64,000 nt of DNA from a virus. The position numbers were made by a program, and so were the translations under genes. Shown here in pieces: positions 9,800 through 17,826 of this stretch (positions are counted from its first letter, which is position 1; every line of letters begins with the position of its first letter). The DNA is taken from IMG/VR virus record IMGVR_UViG_3300008110_010375. One strand, 5' to 3'. The notes under the pieces are model-generated. The model saw only the letters and a program-made list of their open reading frames with translations. It did no database searches and was not told the DNA's origin.

Positions 9800-10162
9800 A
9801 TGGCTAACCCAAACATAGTGAACGTCACTACGATCTATGGAAATACGTCGACGCTTTCGGTGAGCACCACGGCGGCGAACGTCGTACAGAATCCAAACGC
9901 TTCTGGAGCTGTATATAAGATCAATTCTTTGACGATCGCGAATATAAACACGACGCCGTCGGCAGTCTCAGTGACCGTTGAATACAACAACGCTGGAACG
10001 AATACCTACATCGCACGCGCGGTAACGGTGCCGGCAAACGCGTCTTTGACGATCTTAGGTAAAGACAACCCGATCTACCTCTTAGAAAACACTTCACTTC
10101 AGCTTACCGCTGGCGTGAATACTTCATTGACAGCAATTTGTAGTTTTGAGCAGATAAGCTAA
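9800..10162 (+). CDS. small tail-fibre-associated virion protein
   Basis: MANPNIVNVT...VPANASL...IYLLE pattern; context. Confidence 0.55.
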   Translation: MANPNIVNVTTIYGNTSTLSVSTTAANVVQNPNASGAVYKINSLTIANINTTPSAVSVTVEYNNAGTNTYIARAVTVPANASLTILGKDNPIYLLENTSLQLTAGVNTSLTAICSFEQIS

Positions 10163-12273
10163 TGGCAAGAATTAGGCCGGACGGTGGCGTACACGGAAGT
10201 GTAATCACATCGAACACAACAAGCGCGGTTGGCATGTGGTCTCTTAAAGATCTTGAAAGATCTGTAAGAAATACTGCTTGGCCCTCCCCTCCACCGGCTG
10301 TTGTGACAGATGCAAATTTTTACTACAATACTTTCTTGACTCATGCCGAAGGAACTGATGGATCAAACAACACAGTATTTGTCGACGGTTCTACTAACTC
10401 GTTAATTATAAACACGAACGGTAAACCTCAACAGGGTTCATTTTCTCCATTCAGTCATACCGGTTGGTCTAATTATTTTAACGGCAGCAGCGACTATCTA
10501 CAGGCAACGGTTACGGCACCGGACGCAGACTTTACGATCGAAGGCTGGGTAAATTTTAGCACAGTGTCATCGGGCGTAGGTAACTCACCGTCACCCTTTG
10601 CAATACTTGGTGCATCGAGCAGTGCAGGGTTTCAAGTTTACGGTAGCGCCTTAGGTTGGGCGGTAAGAAACAATTCTCAAAACATTCTAGGTGTCGGTGG
10701 AAGTTCTGGATTAGGAACGCCTCCGGTAGTCGGCAGGTGGTATCACGTCGCGTTTGTAAGAAACTCCGGAACTGTAACACTCTATGTAGATGGTAGTTCA
10801 GTGGGATCCTCTTCAACTTCTTATACGTTCACCAATACGTCATTGACCATCGGCAGAAGCATTGTCGCTGGGACTTCATACTTTAATGGATACGTATCAA
10901 ACTTGCGATACGTATCAAATCAAGCTCTTTACACTTCCAACTTCACTCCTTCGACGACCCCGCTCACAGAGGTTGGAGGTACAGATTTTCTCAGCTGTCA
11001 AAGTAATAGGTTTGTTGATAATTCAAGCAACGCTAGATCTATTACAATCACAAGCACAGCGAGCGTTCAACCCTTCTCTCCATTCGTGCCATCTTCTTCT
11101 TACTCTACCTCAACAGTTGGAGGGAGCGCATATCTCGCTGGTTCTTCCTCAGCAGATTATTTACAGAGCAGTGGATTTTCTGCAGCACTGTTGCCTTCAA
11201 CCGGTCAAGATTTTACAATTGAGTTTTGGGCTTATCCACTCGCCACTGCAAGACAAGACTGGTTCAACCTTCAGGCAACGTCAGGATTCAACAGAATCTT
11301 GTTCTATTATAGTGGGACTCAGATTGTTTATTCAGGAGGCGACTCAACAGCCGCCTCTGCAAGGATAACTTATACGACATCTCTTTTTAGGCAGTGGTAT
11401 CACATCGCGCTTTGTAGATCTTCGGGATCGACTAAGATGTTTGTCAACGGAACGCAAGTTGGCTCCACTTACACCGATTCATTAAACTGGACAAACAACC
11501 TTCAATTCACTACCGGTAAGGATCCTGGTGGTTCTACTTATGTAACTGGCTATATGTCGAATATAAGATACGTAAAAGGAACTGCGTTGTACACCAGCAA
11601 CTTTACAGTACCAACTGCTCCTCTTACAGCCATTTCAAACACAGCTTTACTTTTAAACTTCACAAACGCAGGCGTAATCGATCAAACTGGTAAAAACAAC
11701 ATTGTTAATTATGGTACTGCAACAATATCTACAACTCAAGAAAAATTTGGAAACTCTAGCATATCAATACCAGCCGCGACTAATAGTTATTACCTCAGCA
11801 CTTCTTCTGAGTTCTATGATTTAAGAGCTGGAAGTTGGACAATAGAGCTTTGGGTGTATCCATTAGGAACATCTACAAGAACAGGATTCATATCAAAATC
11901 TAACTCTGCCGGCACAAGCGTTCCATTTCTTATTGAAATGACGTCTTCAGGTTTCTTACAGGCCATTGCTCAAGACGGTGTTAGTCAAAAAGTAATAACA
12001 GATGCTAGCTCACTGACGGCAAATGCTTGGACACACGTTGCTTTAGTAAGAAATGTGAATACTTTAACATTATACAAGAATGGCGTTTCTGTAGGAACAC
12101 CGCAAACTTTATCCGGCGCTTTAGTCACCACCACGGATGAATTAAGAATCGGCGTAACAAAATTTGCTTCATCAGGGGCAGGTTGTTATATAGATGACGT
12201 TAGAATCACCAAAGGTGTTGCTGTTTATACTACAGGATTCACACCTCCTTCAACTACTTTCGCTGATCAATGA
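10162..12273 (+). CDS. LamG/concanavalin A-like lectin domain protein, candidate receptor-binding protein
   Basis: three FTIE.W...W.H(V/I)A..R...GY.S/D..R repeats. Confidence 0.8.
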   Translation: MARIRPDGGVHGSVITSNTTSAVGMWSLKDLERSVRNTAWPSPPPAVVTDANFYYNTFLTHAEGTDGSNNTVFVDGSTNSLIINTNGKPQQGSFSPFSHTGWSNYFNGSSDYLQATVTAPDADFTIEGWVNFSTVSSGVGNSPSPFAILGASSSAGFQVYGSALGWAVRNNSQNILGVGGSSGLGTPPVVGRWYHVAFVRNSGTVTLYVDGSSVGSSSTSYTFTNTSLTIGRSIVAGTSYFNGYVSNLRYVSNQALYTSNFTPSTTPLTEVGGTDFLSCQSNRFVDNSSNARSITITSTASVQPFSPFVPSSSYSTSTVGGSAYLAGSSSADYLQSSGFSAALLPSTGQDFTIEFWAYPLATARQDWFNLQATSGFNRILFYYSGTQIVYSGGDSTAASARITYTTSLFRQWYHIALCRSSGSTKMFVNGTQVGSTYTDSLNWTNNLQFTTGKDPGGSTYVTGYMSNIRYVKGTALYTSNFTVPTAPLTAISNTALLLNFTNAGVIDQTGKNNIVNYGTATISTTQEKFGNSSISIPAATNSYYLSTSSEFYDLRAGSWTIELWVYPLGTSTRTGFISKSNSAGTSVPFLIEMTSSGFLQAIAQDGVSQKVITDASSLTANAWTHVALVRNVNTLTLYKNGVSVGTPQTLSGALVTTTDELRIGVTKFASSGAGCYIDDVRITKGVAVYTTGFTPPSTTFADQ

Positions 12274-12281
12274 GGTAACTT

Positions 12282-12536
12282 ATGGAAGAACTTATAGAAA
12301 AGTTCGCGATGCAGTGTGTGTCTTGGCCGTACTGGAGAGACATGCCGAACGACGGATCCGTTCCGGCAGACCTCATCACTGAGTGGCCTCCTCACATTAC
12401 AGAAGTTCAAAAAGCTTTCTGGAGAAACTTTGTTTCTATGATGATTGATGATCTAAAGATTGAATTGAGTCGGGAGCTCGTGACTGTCAACAACACAAAG
12501 CTCGACAACATAATCAACATTCTTAATTCTAAGTAA
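12282..12536 (+). CDS. hypothetical protein
   Basis: ORF with GAGGT RBS. Confidence 0.55.
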   Translation: MEELIEKFAMQCVSWPYWRDMPNDGSVPADLITEWPPHITEVQKAFWRNFVSMMIDDLKIELSRELVTVNNTKLDNIINILNSK

Positions 12537-12545
12537 GGAGACACT

Positions 12546-13157
12546 ATGTTAACAGAAGAACAAATTAAGCACGGCTACCCAAACTCAAAGCCGGACATCG
12601 TCAAGGCGCTTGTTGAGAGCTTTGAGACCCTCGCGAGCAAGTATGAGATCTCAGGTCTCCGTCTCGCGCACTTCCTCGCGCAGACCGCGCATGAGTCGGG
12701 CGGCTTCCGCGTCATCGAGGAGAACCTCAACTACTCAGCCGATGGACTCATGAAGATTTTCCCCAAGTACTTCAGGGACAAGGACCCGAACGAATATGCT
12801 AGGAAGCCTGAAAAAATTGCGAACGTTGTTTACGCCTCGAGAATGGGTAATGGTGATACTGCTTCTGGCGACGGCTATAGGTTTCGCGGCCGCGGACTTA
12901 TCCAACTTACCGGAAAAAGCAACTATACTGGGTTCGCAACTGATTCCGGAGTAAGCGTGGATGAAGCCGTTGCCTACCTCGCTACGCCGCAGGGCGCGAT
13001 CGAGTCGGCAGCTTGGTTCTGGAAAAAGAACGGCCTCAACGCTCTTGCCGACAAAGATGACGTGGTCGCCGTCACGAAGCGCATCAACGGTGGCACCATC
13101 GGCCTTGAGGATCGCAAGAAGCACACCGAAGAGTTCAAAGAGATCTTGGGAGTCTAA
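12546..13157 (+). CDS. glycoside hydrolase family 19 endolysin/chitinase-like lysozyme
   Basis: AHFLAQ.AHESGG, EENLNYS, FRGRGLIQLTG, SAAWFW, RINGG. Confidence 0.92.
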   Translation: MLTEEQIKHGYPNSKPDIVKALVESFETLASKYEISGLRLAHFLAQTAHESGGFRVIEENLNYSADGLMKIFPKYFRDKDPNEYARKPEKIANVVYASRMGNGDTASGDGYRFRGRGLIQLTGKSNYTGFATDSGVSVDEAVAYLATPQGAIESAAWFWKKNGLNALADKDDVVAVTKRINGGTIGLEDRKKHTEEFKEILGV

Positions 13158-13160
13158 GAC

Positions 13161-13436
13161 TTGACAGCCGCACACAGACAGGATGATCTGAGGGTGTGCG
13201 GAGCCACAACCATAGTGACCGGTCAAAGCTCCGTCTTCGTCAATGGAAAGCTTTGGGCGGTCGACGGTGATCAGAACAGTCACGTCGGCGGGGCTTTGAA
13301 TCCCGTCGGCATGACAGTAAAAATAAACAATAAGAAAGTAGTCGTGGTAGGGGATCCCGCGTCAGCCGACCTTTTGCACCCTCCGCCTCCCACCGACGCC
13401 AGCACCGGAAGCGGGAACGTCAACTGCTACGGCTGA
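13161..13436 (+). CDS. PAAR-like spike tip protein (gp5.4-like)
   Basis: CGAT...VFVNGK...GD..H, VKIN.K....GD...H, GS.NV. Confidence 0.75.
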   Translation: MTAAHRQDDLRVCGATTIVTGQSSVFVNGKLWAVDGDQNSHVGGALNPVGMTVKINNKKVVVVGDPASADLLHPPPPTDASTGSGNVNCYG

Positions 13437-13437
13437 T

Positions 13438-13445
13438 TATAAATA
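13438..13445 (+). promoter_or_regulatory. T4-type late promoter
   Basis: TATAAATA upstream of gp13. Confidence 0.8.
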
Positions 13446-13465
13446 CCTGAAAGAGGAAATTTATA

Positions 13466-14449
13466 ATGGCCACTCCAACGACCAGAGACCAATTCAAAGA
13501 GTACTGCCTGCGTAAGCTCGGCAAGCCGGTCATCGAGATCAACGTCGACGACGATCAGGTCGACGATCGCATCGACGAGGCGCTCAAATACTACTACGAC
13601 TATCACTTCGACGGCACCGAGAAGCAGTTCTACCGCCACGTCTTTCAAGCCGGCGACTTCCCAGACGTAGTCAAGGAGGTTATGGTCTACGACGGAGGCA
13701 CGGGCTACTCAAACACGGACACTGTCACGATCACCGCGGCGACCGGCGACACGACAGGCACGGGGGCAACTGCGACGCTCACGACCTACGCGAACGGCAC
13801 GATTCAATCGATCAACGTCACCGCGAGGGGATCGAACTATAGGCTCGATCCAAACGTATCCATCACGACCAGCGGCGGATCGGGCGCGAGCGTACAAGCT
13901 TTCAAGGGTGGATACATCACCATCCCACAGAACATCATAGGTGTCGTCAACATCTTCGACATCGGCGATTACATCGCTACCAACAACATCTTCAACATAC
14001 GCTACCAGATCGCGTTGAACGACCTGTACACATTGACCTACCAGTCGATGGTTCCCTACTACATGGCGTTTCAACACATCCAGCTCCTTGAGCAGCTTCT
14101 CGTCGGTAAGCAGCCGATCCGCTACAACAGGAACACGAATCGCTTGTACATCGACGTCAACTGGAACAAGGTTGAGGCCGGTCAGTACTTGGTCATCGAG
14201 GCTTATCAGATCGTCGACCCGACCAAGTTCACGGACGTATGGAACGATCGCTGGCTTCAGAGGTACGCGACGCAACTCATCAAGAAGCAGTGGGGCACCA
14301 ACTTGACGAAGTTCAACGGTCTTCAGCTTCCGGGAGGGGTCACCTTCAACGGCGAGAAGATATACAACGACGCCGAAGCTGAGATCGATAAGCTTGAGAA
14401 CGAGATGGCGGTGTCCTACTCGTTGCCCGCATACGATATGATCGGATGA
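13466..14449 (+). CDS. 13: neck protein gp13 with inserted beta-rich domain
   Basis: YCLRKLGKPVIEINVDDDQ..DRIDEAL; KKQWGTNL.KF.G.QLPGGVT.NG. Confidence 0.93.
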   Translation: MATPTTRDQFKEYCLRKLGKPVIEINVDDDQVDDRIDEALKYYYDYHFDGTEKQFYRHVFQAGDFPDVVKEVMVYDGGTGYSNTDTVTITAATGDTTGTGATATLTTYANGTIQSINVTARGSNYRLDPNVSITTSGGSGASVQAFKGGYITIPQNIIGVVNIFDIGDYIATNNIFNIRYQIALNDLYTLTYQSMVPYYMAFQHIQLLEQLLVGKQPIRYNRNTNRLYIDVNWNKVEAGQYLVIEAYQIVDPTKFTDVWNDRWLQRYATQLIKKQWGTNLTKFNGLQLPGGVTFNGEKIYNDAEAEIDKLENEMAVSYSLPAYDMIG

Positions 14450-14452
14450 TTG

Positions 14453-15379
14453 ATGGCAACCTCCGTCTTCTTCAACAACTTCAACTCCACCGCTGAGCAG
14501 AACCTCATCGAGGACTTGATCATTGAGTCGATCAGGATCTACGGCATCGACGTATACTACATCCCTAGGACCACGAGCAACCGCGACGACGTCTTCAGGG
14601 AGGGTTCATACTCATACAACTCATCCTACTTGATCGAGGCTTACATAAGGAACGTCGACGGCTTCACCGGAGACGGGGAGTTCTTATCGAAGTTTGGACT
14701 GCAGGTCAGGGACCAGATCGTGTTCACGATCGCTCAGAGGACTTTCAAGGCAGAAGTCGGAAACTACACGGCCGACGTTCGTCCGAAGGAAGGAGACCTC
14801 ATCTGGTTTCCATTGACGCGATCGGTGTTTCAGATTAAGAACGCGGACGTCAAGCCTATATTCTATCAGCTCGGTGCCCTTCAGACCTACGACTTGACCT
14901 GCGAGCTCTATGAAGCTAGCAGCGAGACTTTCAACACCGGCATCACCGAGATCGACGGCGTATACAACGCCCTTTCACTTAAGTCTGATGGATACGAGCT
15001 TCTCGCTGAGAACGGAAACGTTCTCGTCACTGAATCCGGCGAGAGGATCATCCTTGAGAGCTTCGACATCGAAGCCATCGACGTGCATGGTGACAAGCTT
15101 CAAGGTTCCCATCGCCTACGGACCGAGGGAGAAGTTCCTCGCCCGCGTCGAAGCCAACCCGACCGGCATAGTTCAGACTGCGGCCATACTTCCAAGGATC
15201 GGCTTCGAGATCAGCGGCATAAGGTACGCCAGCGACAGGAAGCTTCAGACCACGATCCCGCTGTATACCAACCAAAACGTATCGGGCAACAGCGTCCTCA
15301 AGAAGGTGTACTCACCCGTTCCATACGACATCGACTTCACCATGTCCATCATGACGAAGCAGACCGAGGACGCGACTAG
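14453..15379 (+). CDS. 14: neck/head-closure protein gp14; C-terminus after ~15086 looks like out-of-frame read-through
   Basis: EQNLIEDLIIESI.IYG.DVYYIPR, LSKFGL, P.EGDLIWFP, FYQLG. Confidence 0.85.
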   Translation: MATSVFFNNFNSTAEQNLIEDLIIESIRIYGIDVYYIPRTTSNRDDVFREGSYSYNSSYLIEAYIRNVDGFTGDGEFLSKFGLQVRDQIVFTIAQRTFKAEVGNYTADVRPKEGDLIWFPLTRSVFQIKNADVKPIFYQLGALQTYDLTCELYEASSETFNTGITEIDGVYNALSLKSDGYELLAENGNVLVTESGERIILESFDIEAIDVHGDKLQGSHRLRTEGEVPRPRRSQPDRHSSDCGHTSKDRLRDQRHKVRQRQEASDHDPAVYQPKRIGQQRPQEGVLTRSIRHRLHHVHHDEADRGRD

Positions 15380-15794
15380 GATAGTCGAGCAGATCCTCCC
15401 TTACTTCACCCCTGAGTGGACCATATCGGCTCAGCTTCTGGCTGACTTTGAGAACACCACGGACATCCCGATCGTCATCGGTTCCATCGACATCGAGGAT
15501 ACGTACGCGACTGACTTCACCCAGCGGCGCGCTTTGATCTGGACGATCAACTTCACCATGAAGGCGTACCTCTACGGTCCGGTGACGAAGGCGAAGCAGA
15601 TCAAGGTCGCGACTGTCAACTCATTCGCTCCCATGACGGCGAACCTCGCCCTCAACAGGGTCGTCACCCAGCCGGGACTAGACGCAAACGGAAACCCGAC
15701 GACGATTCTCGCGGACACCATTCCATACACGTCGATAGATGAGACCGACAACTTTGACTATGTGATCACAAACACGGACTTCCCAAGTGGCTGA
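15087..15794 (+). CDS. 15: tail sheath stabiliser gp15, N-terminus apparently missing
   Basis: KVPIAYGPREKFLAR, LPRIGFEI, PVPY, IVEQILPYF.P, YLYGP. Confidence 0.85.
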   Translation: MVTSFKVPIAYGPREKFLARVEANPTGIVQTAAILPRIGFEISGIRYASDRKLQTTIPLYTNQNVSGNSVLKKVYSPVPYDIDFTMSIMTKQTEDATRIVEQILPYFTPEWTISAQLLADFENTTDIPIVIGSIDIEDTYATDFTQRRALIWTINFTMKAYLYGPVTKAKQIKVATVNSFAPMTANLALNRVVTQPGLDANGNPTTILADTIPYTSIDETDNFDYVITNTDFPSG

Positions 15795-16167
15795 TAAGAA
15801 AGATATAATAGGGCAGTCGCTCAACCTACCCGACATGCCGAGTAAGTCGAGGATAACCGACCTGACACCTAAGATCGCGACCGACGACTACGAATTCGCG
15901 CGCAGCAACCTATACGACCTCATCAACAAGGGTTCACACGCACTTGAGGACATCATAGACGTCGCGAAGCAGTCTGAGTCGCCTAGGGCTTTCGAGGTCG
16001 TGACGAACTTATTGAAGACGATGGTCGACGCGAACAAAGACCTACTCGAGCTCGCGAAGAAGCAGAAGCAGCTCGAAGACGTCAAGGACGAGGGTCCAAA
16101 GACCGTGAACAACAACCTCTACCTGACGTCGGCAGACCTCTTGAAGATGATAAAGAGCAATGAGTGA
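15787..16167 (+). CDS. 16: terminase small subunit gp16
   Basis: DDYEFARSNL, ESPRAFEV, TVNNNL; precedes gp17. Confidence 0.9.
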   Translation: MADKKDIIGQSLNLPDMPSKSRITDLTPKIATDDYEFARSNLYDLINKGSHALEDIIDVAKQSESPRAFEVVTNLLKTMVDANKDLLELAKKQKQLEDVKDEGPKTVNNNLYLTSADLLKMIKSNE

Positions 16168-17767
16168 GATCTACTTAGGTAATAAGAACCTAAAGAGCCG
16201 CGACGTAAAGATACCGTTCACCGCGGATCAGGTGCAGGAGTACCTGAAATGTTCGAGAGACGTGGAGTACTTTTGTCAGAAGTACGTTAAGATCGTCAAC
16301 GTCGACCGAGGCCTCATAGACTTCGCACCGTACAAGTACCAAGTCAAGATGTTCGACGTCTTCGATGCGAACAGGTACACGATCTGTAAGATGCCTCGTC
16401 AGGTCGGTAAGACCACGGGCGTCGTAGGCTACCTCCTTCACAAAGTTCTCTTCAACGAGAACTACAACGTCGCCGTCCTCGCTAACAAGGAGAGGCAGGC
16501 CCGTGAGATCTTGGCTAGGGTTCAACTGGCCTACGAGTGGCTTCCGAAGTGGATGCAGCAGGGGATAGTCGAGTGGAACAAGGGAAGCATCGAGCTTGAG
16601 AACGGGTCGAAGATCCTCGCCTCGTCGACCTCATCGAGCGCGATCCGCGGTCAGTCCTACAACCTCATCTACCTAGACGAGTTCGCCTTCGTTCCGCGCA
16701 ACATTCAAGACCAGTTCTTCGCCTCGGTCTTCCCGACGATATCTTCTGGTCAAACGACTAAACTCATCATAACTTCAACGCCGAACGGTATGGACCTCTT
16801 CTATAAGATCTGGATCGACTCCGAGCAGGATCGCAACACCTACGCCCGAGTCGACGTACATTGGTCGGACGTTCCGGGACGCGACGAGGCTTGGAAAGAT
16901 CTGATGATCAAGAACACCTCGGTCGATCAATTCAGGCAGGAGTTCGAGTGTGAGTTCCTTGGGTCGTCGAACACCCTCATCCACCCGTCGGTCTTGTCGA
17001 AGCTCGTGTTCTTCCCGCCGCAGACGAACGCGCAGGGAGTCAACGTCTTCGCCGAGCCTAAGAAGGGTCACCAATACTTCATGACGGTCGACTTGGCCGA
17101 GGGTCTCGGTCAGGACAGCTCGGCCTTCACCGTGATAGACGCGACGACAGTGCCGTACGAGGTGGTCGCGACCTATAAGAACAGCAGCATATCGGAGCTC
17201 CTGTTTCCTACCCTAATCATGAACGTGGCCAAGTACTACAACAGCGCTTGGGTCCTCGTTGAGACGAACATAGGGTCGCAGGTCGTCAACATCCTTCACC
17301 AGGACCTTGAGTACGAGAACGTGGTCACGACTAAGACCAGCGGTCGAAAGGGAGTCATGCTTGGTTCGGGCGGAAGCCAAAGTCGACTCGGCGTCAAGAC
17401 CACGAAGGTCACGAAGAGGATAGGCTGCTCCAACCTCAAGTCTCTGGTCGAGTCGAATAAGATAAAGCTCAACGACTTTGAAGTCATCCAGCAGCTCTCG
17501 ACCTACGTCGCGGATAAGTCGTCGTTCAACGCCGAAGAAGGCCATCACGACGACTTGGTCATGTGCTTGGTCCTGTTCTCATGGATGGTTAGTCAAGAGT
17601 ACTTCAAGGAATTGTCGGACACCGACGTTCGACAGAGGATCCTAGAGGAGAACGAGAGGCAGATCGAGGAGAACATGTCTCCCTTCGGATTCCAAGACGA
17701 CGGTATGCCTGAAGAAGACGTGATGACGGTCTCAGGCGACGAGTTCGACCGCCTGCTTCTAAACTAG
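16160..17767 (+). CDS. 17: terminase large subunit gp17
   Basis: PRQVGKTT Walker A, YLDEFAF Walker B, ITSTPNG, HDDLVM. Confidence 0.97.
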   Translation: MSEIYLGNKNLKSRDVKIPFTADQVQEYLKCSRDVEYFCQKYVKIVNVDRGLIDFAPYKYQVKMFDVFDANRYTICKMPRQVGKTTGVVGYLLHKVLFNENYNVAVLANKERQAREILARVQLAYEWLPKWMQQGIVEWNKGSIELENGSKILASSTSSSAIRGQSYNLIYLDEFAFVPRNIQDQFFASVFPTISSGQTTKLIITSTPNGMDLFYKIWIDSEQDRNTYARVDVHWSDVPGRDEAWKDLMIKNTSVDQFRQEFECEFLGSSNTLIHPSVLSKLVFFPPQTNAQGVNVFAEPKKGHQYFMTVDLAEGLGQDSSAFTVIDATTVPYEVVATYKNSSISELLFPTLIMNVAKYYNSAWVLVETNIGSQVVNILHQDLEYENVVTTKTSGRKGVMLGSGGSQSRLGVKTTKVTKRIGCSNLKSLVESNKIKLNDFEVIQQLSTYVADKSSFNAEEGHHDDLVMCLVLFSWMVSQEYFKELSDTDVRQRILEENERQIEENMSPFGFQDDGMPEEDVMTVSGDEFDRLLLN

Positions 17768-17773
17768 CCTTTT

Positions 17774-17781
17774 TATAAATA
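17774..17781 (+). promoter_or_regulatory. T4-type late promoter
   Basis: TATAAATA upstream of gp18. Confidence 0.8.
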
Positions 17782-17826
17782 AGAATACGATTTATTGCTC
17801 TAATTTTATGATCAAAGGAGAAAATC

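Noticed and set aside
7186-12273. Diversity-generating retroelement suggested by the Mtd_N-like N-terminus
   Set aside because: No reverse transcriptase and no template/variable repeat pair seen in the window.
14910-15086. Track N-terminus of gp15; likewise the upstream extensions of 24405, 39283, 44575 and 51543
   Set aside because: These overlap the preceding genes in another frame and lack family similarity, so later starts were used.
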